Below are positions 1 through 9,777 of a stretch of DNA of 64,000 nucleotides, one piece after another; within the stretch, counting starts at the first letter, position 1; each line of letters begins with the position of its first letter. This stretch comes from Podarcis vaucheri (lineage: Eukaryota). The position numbers and the translations under genes are program-made. Below the pieces are notes generated by a model that worked only from the letters and a program-made list of their open reading frames with translations, searched no databases and was not told the DNA's origin. Where the stretch lies: the NCBI GenBank assembly GCA_965113315.1, contig OZ220372.1, one strand, 5' to 3'.

Positions 1-328
1 AGTCTTGACAGACTCTGGGGTTTGTGCGCCCATCTCACATCTATTGGCCGGGGGCCAGCGCTGTCCGAAGACACTTCCGGGTCACGTGGCCAGCGTGACA
101 ACGCTGCTCTGGCGAGCCAGAGCCGCACACGGAACGCCGTTTACCTTCCCGCTGGTAAGCGGTACCTATTTATCTACTTGCCCCCGGGGGTGCTTTCGAA
201 CTGCTAGGTTGGCAGGCGCTGGGACCGAGCAGCGGGAGCGCACCCCGCCGCGGGGATTCGAACCGCCGACCTTTCGATCGGCAAGCCCTAGGCGCTGAGG
301 CTTTAACCCACAGCGCCACCCGCGTCCC
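1..328 (-). mobile_element. Sauria SINE (3' end cut by the window edge)
   Basis: Minus-strand head GGGACGCGGGTGGCGCTGTGGGTTAAA, B-box GGTTCGAATCC, body motif CAAGTAGATAAATAGGTAC. Confidence 0.9.
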
Positions 329-1252
329 CTACAGTAGTGTGATGCTAATAGAACTATGCTAATAGAATGCTAATAGAATAGCTAATAGATGCTAATAGAA
401 GCTACAGTAGTGTGATGCTAATAGAACTTTCTAAAGAGTAATGTTTGAATAAATATGTGTCGGACTACACTGTTAGGCACACACTATCAATGCACCTTTC
501 CAGTCAGCAAGGTACAAGATTCTGCCCAGCAAGGCTTTCTGTACCTGTCCAGGTGGTCATGTGAAACAAGAACTGAGGTGTGCATGGGGTGTGTGGGATG
601 GAAGAGCACAGTTCTGGGACTCCCCACCGCACTTCAAGCAACAGCAGTGACATAATATCACCGGCCCTCCTTCTCTGGCTAGTGAGTGAAAGGATAATGA
701 ATATTTCAAGTTAGCATAAGAGCATAATAGCCCTTCAGGATCAGGCCAGTGTCCCATCTAGACCAGCACCCTGTTTTCACAGTGACCAACCAAATGCCCA
801 CCAGGAAGCCTGCAAGCAGGTCCTGAGAGCAACAACACACTCCATTCCTGCGGTTTCCAGCAACTGGTTTTCAGAAGCATTATAGCCTTATCCTCCTTGA
901 ACTTGCCCAATCCTCTTTCAAAAGCCATCCCAGTTGGTGGGCCATCACCACTTTGTGTTCACTTCTTTAAGGGAAGCATGGAGGAAGCCAGTGGGCGAAA
1001 GAGGTGGGTGGGTGGGTGGGTGGGTAACAGCCATCCATCAAGGGCTAGGCGCTTCTTCCTTTTGGTGCAACTCCTACCCCAAGCTAGCAGCTGAAGCAGG
1101 CACCACTTCTTTCGCAAGGTCGCTAGCATTTATTTTCTTTTTCAATAGTTTTATCAAAGATTTTGTGTGTGTGTTACAAAATAATACAAATAGGTTGTTT
1201 GCATTTCTGATCAAAAGATGAACTTCTGCTGGCTGCAGATCTTTGTTTTTGT

Positions 1253-1253
1253 T

Positions 1254-1300
<47 letters not shown>
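1253..1300. repeat. Compound (TG)n(TA)n microsatellite
   Basis: Seen directly. Confidence 0.95.
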
Positions 1301-1301
<1 letters not shown>

Positions 1302-1786
1302 AATTTTTTATTAAATTTTCTGTTTTACAATTTAGAATACTCATTTAAACATCCTTAAAATATCAACGACTTCCCTTTCCACGGTTCATTTTACAAATCA
1401 TAAATCCCTGCGCATTTTACATAAACTAAATCATTCAGTATTCCATTATTACATCCATCACAATTTATTTACACTGTTGAATTTATCTCAATGCTGTGTT
1501 TTCAATGGCTGAAGATCTTTGTATGTGTCTCCATGCTGCACCTCCTACAAGCCACGAAGGAAGCACAAAGGATTTCCCCTCCCAGCTCATCGCAGCCAGC
1601 AGCTCTGCTAACATCGCGGGGCGGGGATTGAACCCGGGGCTTCCCGTGAGCCCCCGCGCCTCGTTCACTACACCCGCCGACGGAACTCCCCGCGACAAGG
1701 GAAACAACGACGGGGAAGAGGACCCGCGCCCTGAATGGCCAGCGTCGCTGCCGGCTGCCCAGGGGACCCGCCCTAGACTCTCCTAC

Positions 1787-1804
1787 CAGCGCCGCCGCCG
1801 CCAT
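1787..1804 (-). CDS. POC1B: Probable first coding exon of POC1B (MAAAAL), continuing beyond the left edge
   Basis: CCG ATG GCG GCG GCG GCG CTG|GTAGGA inside a CpG island. From memory, amniote POC1B lies directly downstream of ATP2B1 on the same strand and has a very short phase-0 first coding exon. No WD40 exon is seen in the window, so the name rests on synteny. Confidence 0.62.
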
Positions 1805-2054
1805 CGGCCTCCCGGGGCCTCCGCTCTCCCGGCCAACCACCTTCCGCGGCCCTGTCAAAATCCCCGCTCTCCAGACCATATCAGTCGAGTCCCGACCCAA
1901 GGCTGGCCCAGCCTCACCCGCGGAGATAGGCGGGCGCTCGAGGCGGGGAAGGGAGGAGGGAGAAGAAGAGCGAAGAAGCCGAGCTCGCCCATCCATGCCA
2001 TCGGCGTTCGACGATCCCTTAAAGGGGCCGGCTTTCTCCGAGGAAGCGGAGGCG

Positions 2055-2067
2055 GTTGCCTAGTGAC
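2055..2067. promoter_or_regulatory. RFX X-box motif GTTGCCTAGTGAC
   Basis: Close match to the X-box imperfect palindrome, about 250 nt upstream of the putative POC1B ATG. Confidence 0.6.
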
Positions 2068-5000
2068 GGCGCGCGCGTCGCGGAGCTTTCGCAATTGGGG
2101 GGGGGGGGGAGAAGAACGCAAAGAGGAAAGGGCAAGGCAACGTCACCTAGAACTACGGAGTGAAGCGAAGAGTTGTAGGCCCCGACTAAAGGGGGTCTCT
2201 GGCGGGTGCGCTTCGGCCTGAGGAGCAGGTGAGAGTGACGTTAGATCAGTTAAGAAGTTCAGAAAAATCGTACTTCATGGATCTGGGAAGGGGGGCAACT
2301 TTTTCTCAGTTCCCTGCTGGGGAAATGCAGACGCACCTATGCATATATGTGCACATCCACATCTATGTCTACATGCAGAGGAAGCTGGAGAAGTTAAAAG
2401 GTATGGTATCACGGATGTGCAAGGCTTTCTTTTCTCTTTGCCTTAAGCATGCAAACAACGCCACCACAACGCACTTCTGATATGTGGGAAGAGCCTGGAA
2501 TCTCTTGCATGCAAAGCGGTTGCTGTGCCATTGAGCTTAACAATGTGGCTGTCCAGTCTAGAATTATAAGGCAGAAATTCACCAGGACCAGTTTCCCCCC
2601 AGAAAAAGCACCAGCTCTTTAGTTCTTGGCGCAGAAGTTTGCAAACAGGGATTGGGGAGAGGGAGTGGCAATCCCACCCCCCACTGAAATTCTATGTCCA
2701 TTATGTGTTAAATCGAATTAACATTTATATTCTCCATTTCCATGCTAAGCTGGGTAAAGTTCACCGCAAAATCGTTTTCTGAAAGAACAAGGGCTTTGAC
2801 ACTAAGAAAAAAAGTGATCGCAACAGCGGCTTGCTTTGGCCACCATGATGCACGCAGGGTTTAGATTAAGATTTGTTATTTCCAGCTCATTATATAAGTT
2901 TTTAAAACTTAAAACTGTAGTGTAGTTAGCCTACCCGAGTGTCTTGCCAGCTAGAAAGGCTGAATTGGTGTTCATCCTCAGAGACTCACTACACCAAGAA
3001 CAGTAATACTAGGGGACCCAGAGGCAATCTGCTTGTGGGGCATGACAAAGAGCTCACTCACACCAATCCTATGAGGTGGGGCAAGCTGGGAGGCACTGCT
3101 TCTTATATTTAGTCCTTGATAGACTAAAAGGAAAGGTGGTGTAGAGATCCAGAGTTAGAGTAGTTATAATGATCTGAGCTATATACTGATCTGAGCTGAT
3201 ACTATCCCAAATCCCCGACTTGTTACAAGTAGCCAGAGCCCAATCTTCAATTCCCAGCATCTCTCCTTGAAAGTTTGGAGGGTGGGAAAGCAAATTTGTT
3301 GGGTAACATTAACATGAGCAGCTCCTGCAGCTGGGCAAAATATCAGAGTTCAAAATAGAAAGATCATGTTTATTTAAATCAGTAGAAGAAAAGGGAACAA
3401 GCTTTAAAAGAAAGCACATATAACTAAAGCAGTCCAAACTATTTACGAAAAATATATATTCATGCAACAGCAGCATAGGTTCATCCTACGCAAGTTAAGG
3501 CAGTCTTCGTCAACCTTTCGTTCAGTCCCCAGATTATGATGCAGCACAACTTCTTTTATCTCTGACCATTGGCTGGGAATGATGGGAGTTACAGCCCAGC
3601 AATATCTGGGGATCCAAGGTTAAAAAGGGGAGAGACAAAAAAACACTGGATCCTCACTCCTTTTATCACAGGAAATATCTGTGGCAGGATCGGACTGGTA
3701 GGGTCCAGGATCCTAGCAGCAGGTGGAACTAGAGCAAATGGCAGGCAGAGCCAACTAATTCTGGCTTTGTCCACATCTTCCTCCATGGTGAGTTTTACAG
3801 GGATTAAGGAGGAGGAAGTTGACAGCCAGGCATCCCACCTCCAGCTATTTGCAGGAAAGAAGACAGGCAGGTAGGGGGCTGGCTGAAGATATTTTGAAGG
3901 TGTGGCAGTACCGTATCTGCCCTTGTGGTCAGGGCAGAACCCCACTGGGTTCCATTGAAAGGCGTTATAATTTTTCTACAATTCCTGAAAATTCTCAGCT
4001 TGGTGTCCAACATCTTGTAGCAGCAAGTCATGTGAAACAGCTTGGACAAGTTCCACCACTCTGTCAGCTTACACAGAAGACTCCTGTACTCACTTCTTCC
4101 TTCTGCTGACAATCATCAGCATGGGATTTTGATGAGGTGACTCTGCTCCTTTAGGAACAGCACCGTTCAAAACTTGAGTCACCATCTCAGCAGGAAAACT
4201 TTCCTCCAGTGCTCAGATGTCATTTGACAACATTTGCCTTAAATGAATTCATCATGAAATTGTAAAGAATTGCACACTTCCACCTCTTTTCACACCACCA
4301 ATTCTTTTGTACAGATTGTGGACAATTTCAGGGTGCCCATTCTGAATGGAGAATTGCCAGAAAGAAGTATGCTGCTTTCTGTACACACATGACTGCAATG
4401 GCAATGCATCTACAGCAAAATTTTGTTTCAAACGAACTTAACATTAGGAGATCAATGGCTATGCAACTGAAGTAAGAGGTCGTAATATAATGATTCTATC
4501 CCTCCCCCAAAAAACACCTGGGCACAAAGTAAAAAGAGTACCCATTTTACTGCAAGTTCCCTAAAGCATGCTGGGGGGAAAAACCCTACAAAATTTACAC
4601 TGATTTAATCATCGTTATTAAATTTATTACCCACCCTTCACCAGCAGGTTCCATAGCAATGCATAGCTAGTCCCATTGACTATTCACTGTTTCATACATT
4701 GTTAACCTAAGATCATGAAACATCTGAGAACTGCTGCTGCTGCAGATATACCTGCCTGTACCAAGCTTGCCAGCAAACACTGCCCGCAGACCTCCTACAT
4801 GTTAGGGAGATAGGCATCCTGTTTTCGCCACATGGTCTCCTTCCACCTCCACAAGGTAGGAAGTTCAGGCAGCACAGGTCTAGAAAGGTTTGTCCTAGAC
4901 TGAAGCAAGAGACCACTCAGGCAGGCACCCTAAGGTGATCAGAGGGAAACAGTATATAACTGCATCATAAAATGACATAGCGCCTTTCACAGACTTTATA

Positions 5001-5509
5001 GTCAGGAAAGACAGCTTCAAATGATTCATTTCTGGCGTCACTCATTTGTTGCATGGAGCATTTGTAAGCCAAAGAAGAAGAAAAACAGCCTGTGTTCAAA
5101 TATTATTATTTTATAGATCCCCACCATTCCTGACCAAGTACTGTGAATGAAAAACCAGTATGTATTCTTGTGTTGTGATAAGAGCTAGAAGTTTACATTC
5201 TGTAAATGTGCGGTTCATGTTATTAAAAAGTGCAATTAATATTTATCACATAGTTTCTTTTATTTGCCATACATGCAATAACTTCAAAAGGAAAAGAAGA
5301 TCAGGGGGGGAAATGCAGCTCTTTCATGCCAAGATGCAAGAGGATTCCTTGTGAACAAAACTGTGTTCACCACTATGCATCAAATCAAATCAAAACTTTA
5401 TTAGCAAAGCCAACAGGCCACAGCTGTACAAAAATTAAAAATGAGAATAGGGATAAAAGGAAGAAAAGAACAGACAAAAGGAGGTCCGTCGGGTGAACAG
5501 GTCTGTCAC

Positions 5510-6472
5510 TCAGATGGTGGCCCTAAATTTCACAGCTCTCTCGATGTACCTCGCGACCTTCTCTGTTATCTGACTGTTCGTATCAGATAATAGAAAATGC
5601 AGTGTAATGTCTGTTGAACGGCCGGGGTTGGAGAGAATGAGTGGAGTAATAATCTCATTCCTTAGGTCTTTGTAAAGAGGGCAAGAAAAAAGGACGTGGG
5701 ACACTGTTTCCGTGTTACCATCTCCACATGGGCAGAGTCGTTTTTCAAATGGGGTCTTTTGGTAACGACCTTCGAGTACAGCAGAGGGAAGAACATCCCA
5801 TCTGGCCAATGTAAAGGCGCGTCTGTATTTTGGGATGGTTAGTTTAGACAAATATGAGGCTGGAGAGTCAAAATGAGAAGGGGGAAAGTAGGTATACCAT
5901 GGGCACAGTTTCTTTAAGATAGTCAGGTTGTTTTGTCGTTCGATGTCTTTCAGGCGCTGGCCTATTAGACTCTTTGCTTTGATGAGGCCCATTGATAGTA
6001 GGGACTGTGAGTGCAGACCGCATGTAAGGAGTTTTTTATGCACAGTTTTAAACCACTTGCTTTCGTAAGGATCTTGCATTACTAACGGCAGTAGACCAGG
6101 AGGATTCAGATTAAGACGAAGCCAATAATTAAATGTTCTCTGCCAGGTCCGAGTTTCCACAGATGGAAGGCAGGCCTCGAGTCGCAATGCTGCGTTTGGA
6201 ACACAGGGGGGGACACCGAGTATTTGCCTTAGAAATTTGGACTGGACAGTTTCAAGACTGGAGCAATGGGTCCCCGTCCAGATTTGCGCCCCGTACAATA
6301 ACTGCGCCAGAGGTTTTGCTTGATAAACTTCAAGGGCTGCTGGGATGTATCTGCCCCCCTTCGTATAGAAGAAGCGGGACAGCATCTTGATGCTTTGAGC
6401 AGCTTTTTCTTTGGCACATTTTTGGTGGACATCCCAGGACCCGGTCGACTGGAAAACGATACCCAGATATTG
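5510..6472 (-). pseudogene. C-terminal fragment of LINE ORF2 (RT 'YLG' region, thumb, CCHC zinc finger)
   Basis: Open frame from QYLGIVFQSTGSW through LLYGAQIW to GRY...RLCPC...ETVSHVLFSCPLY, ending in TGA. Confidence 0.9.
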
Positions 6473-6512
6473 CTCACCGTACCTGTAAAAAACTCACCGT
6501 ACCTGTAAAAAA

Positions 6513-7766
6513 TATTGGCAGAAGCTCTTTAACCTTCTTCCATCCCTTTCTACAAGTGGAAAAAACAAATCCAAGTCGAGTGCCATCAAAGAGACACGTA
6601 AAGTAGATACTCCCATAAAAGAATCTAAATCAAGTTCTGAAGAATCAACACCGAGCTGGGACAAAGGAACTGATCCATCTGCAGTCATATCGCCCCAGAG
6701 TCCTCTCATGGCCAGCACAGAATCAGTAGACAGAGGTGAGCAGGCGACCCAAACTATCGAGGGGAACCACTCCTCTCAAGTTCGACAGATGTTGTGTCCC
6801 AAAAGAGAATGGAGTTTAGTCCTAATCCCACAAAAGCTTGTCTTTGCTAATTACCCTAAACCGCCTAGATTTTACGCAGGGTTGGACCGTACAGACCACT
6901 TTTTGTCCATTATAAGTGGCATTTTACCGGGGGTAGTAAAAGCAACTGACATAGCCGCTATAGAGTATCTACATCAAGATGATTGCTCGGTACGAGCACT
7001 GATTACTTTTTTAGATCATAATCTGGCCAGTTTCATTTTTAGAGCTAAAAACCTATTCAAAAAAGAAAGAATAGTTCTGTTAAGAATATTTGAAAATAGA
7101 GCACCTGCAACCCCTCTGATAGGGCCCAAGAGCATAGGAGTGGAAGTTCACAAAAGGGAAAAAACCAACCACCAAAACCATCGAAATAGAAAGTATAAGT
7201 TCCAGCAGGATCATCCCCACCAAACAGCACCAAATGAAAAAAAGGAAGCCTCACACCCAACTGGCGTCGAGCCTCCCACGTGGGACAGTGAGGACTCCGT
7301 TTGGGAGGAAGAACTCTCGCTGATAAAGCGATTCTGGTCACTGCATTCTCCAGCTCAAACTGAGATCCTGAAAAGATTTGATTTACTTCGAAGCAGACTA
7401 GAAAAAAAGGATGATCAAGGTGAGACAATGAAGGACCCTTATGTGCAGCCTATATCTCCCAAATGTCTGGTGGATAAGAAGACAGTGGGAGGCACCTTTA
7501 AATGTGTGGACGTGGAATTACAATCAGAGCCCCCTGTGATGTACAATAAAGTAAGACCAAAGCAAGGTGTGAAACCTCAAAGCTCCTGGCACAGCTATCT
7601 TAAATTGTCTCCGAATGAATTAGCTTCCCCCCCAACTCCAAAACCTAGCCCCAAATCACCAAGAAAAGAGGATCACTACACTCTCTCCAAGCAGCCAGCC
7701 TCGAAAAGAACCAACGGGTGTGTTTTTTTAGACACCAAAGAATTGCTGGACATGGTGGTGACATAG
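6513..7766 (+). pseudogene. LINE ORF1, 5'-truncated (frame already open upstream of ATG 6708)
   Basis: Stop-free frame from the inversion junction to TAG 7766, directly upstream of and overlapping ORF2. Confidence 0.75.
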
Positions 7767-9777
7767 ATCCAGCCCCCCGAAGGGCCCGGGGCCTAAAAGT
7801 GCTGTCCTGGAATATCGCGGGCTGGCACGCCAAGAAAAATAATCAACAATTTTTGTGTTACCTTAAGCAATTTGACATCATCTTCCTTCAGGAGACATGG
7901 CAGAATGACCCTATATTTCTTAATGGGTATAACTGCCACTACCTGCCTGCCTCTCCATCTCAAAGGGGCGGCAGATCTAGTGGTGGCCTAGCTTGCTTCA
8001 TTTCCACGGAGCTAGCGCACTCCCTAACAGCCCTACCCAGCTGCAACTCTTTAGCAACAGCCGCCCTACTTAGCTTCAAGAGAACTATTCTCTTGCTGGT
8101 CAATGTCTATATCCCCCCAGGCCAAAAAAAACCCGTTGTTAAGGCTACATGGGCTGAGCTAGAGGCGTTTTTAGAGCCACTCGAATCTATTTACCCGTCT
8201 GCCCTGACCATTGTGTGTGGAGATTTCAACGCTCGTATAGGGACAGATGACAACAGTCTACACACTCATTTCAACCAATTTTTGGACACTGAAGAACAGA
8301 CGGATATTGGCGCGACACGTCTGTCCAAAGATAGTAGAAGTAATTTCCCAGGTCTCTGCTTAGTGCAGGCTGCTAGACGGAGGGAACTGCTGATATTAAA
8401 CGGCAATATAGAGGGGGACCGCCCCGGGGAATATACCCATTTCTCCAAGGCTGGGGGAAGTGTTATAGACTATATCTTAATCTCAAGATTTGCTCACAGC
8501 TTTATAAGGAAGTTTCAAGTGGGCCATAATACTCTGAGTGATCACCTACCTCTAATTTTAGAGCTTGTAGGCGGGCCTTTTGACTATTCTATTGCCGAGC
8601 CACAATATATACCTTCTGTAAATTTGGATATACCAGCCCCCAAAAGACTCAAATGGTCCCCAATATTGAATGAAAACCTAACCCTCCTTCTTCAGTCAGT
8701 GGAGTTAAAGCTTATTCGCTCCGCTATTGTATCAGGAAATTCAGCAGCTGCGATTATGGAACGCTTTAAATTACTCTTGGAAAGATTGAAACCCCATTTA
8801 ACAACAGTGATACATAGCTCCGCTACAAAGAGGGCAAAGGACGGAGCTAGCTGGTTTGACCTGGAGTGCAGGCAAACAAGGAGACAAATGAGAACAGCCT
8901 ACCGGAGATACAGGAAATCAGGGACTGCTCTCCTACTCAACGCTTATATTTATCTGAGACGGTCGTATAAACAATTATTAAGGAGAAAGAAACTGGAAGC
9001 TGAAAGAGCCGCATGGCACAGGTTGGTTAAGGCATCGCACGAGAAAGATACTACTTGCTTTTGGCGAACCATATCTGGTCTACTGGACCAGGAGCGCACT
9101 AATTCCATCTGTACAGTGGAACCAATGGAGTGGTTGCGCCATTTTCAATCTTTGTTCTATGACCAGGAAGCCCAACATTACAAACTATGCATTCAACTGG
9201 AGGACCTACCTCATTGGCCAGCAGTAACTTCGAAGGAAGTTGAGAACTTAATTGTACAATTAAAGAACAACAAGGCCCCAGGGAATGATTACATCCCTGC
9301 CGAACTTCTGAAGTCCAACATTGGCTGGTGGGCCCCCCTGCTGGCGTCTTTATTTTCTTGGATCGACTCAACGGGTTTACTCCCAGATGGTTGGACTGAG
9401 GCAATAATTATCCCAATCTACAAAAAAGGTCCCATGACAGATCCGGCGAGTTATAGACCAATCAGCCTTCTGCCTATACTCAGCAAACTATATGCCAAAC
9501 ATCTTTATACCAAGCTAACTAGCTGGCTGGAAACTGAAGCTATTCTAGCGGAAGAGCAAGCGGGTTTCAGGCAAGGCAGATCCACCATAGACCATTGCTT
9601 CACCCTAGCCTATTTAATTGACAAATATGCCAAAAAATCCCGTGGGGTGTTATATGCAGCCTTTATTGATCTAAAGGCTGCTTTCGATTCAATTCCACGT
9701 GTAAGACTCTGGGATAAATTGAGCACCTCTAGCATAGACAAAAGACTATTATTTCTGATCAGCTGTTTATACAAAGA
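7718..9777 (+). pseudogene. N-terminal part of LINE ORF2 (APE endonuclease and early RT domains)
   Basis: SWNIAG, LQETW, NVYIPP, GDFNAR, IDYILIS, SDHLPL (APE); KAPGND, YRPISLL, EQAGFR, FIDLKAAFDS (RT); broken at the TSD. Confidence 0.93.

Larger units (their letters stand above)
1590..2230. promoter_or_regulatory. CpG island / promoter
   Basis: The only non-repeat GC- and CpG-dense segment in an otherwise CpG-poor window. Confidence 0.88.
5381..9777. mobile_element. Young non-LTR retrotransposon (APE+RT, RTEX-like), 5'-truncated and 5'-inverted; 13-bp TSD CACCACTATGCAT at 5368-5380 and 9778-9790
   Basis: 3' part on minus (5381-6472) with AATAAA and a (TTTGA)n tail; 5' part on plus (6473-9777); identical flanking 13-mers. 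Clade assignment is by motif resemblance only. Confidence 0.92.

Noticed and set aside
230-328. tRNA genes at the A/B-box motifs (also about 12050 and about 58240)
   Set aside because: They are SINE heads followed by SINE bodies
330-1780. POC1B exon 2 or nested GALNT4
   Set aside because: Searched by eye on the minus strand and found no WD40 or GalNAc-transferase sequence; presumably left of the window
1496-2221. 241-aa plus-strand ORF
   Set aside because: Low-complexity Arg/Pro/Gly product expected by chance in a CpG island; no recognisable domain
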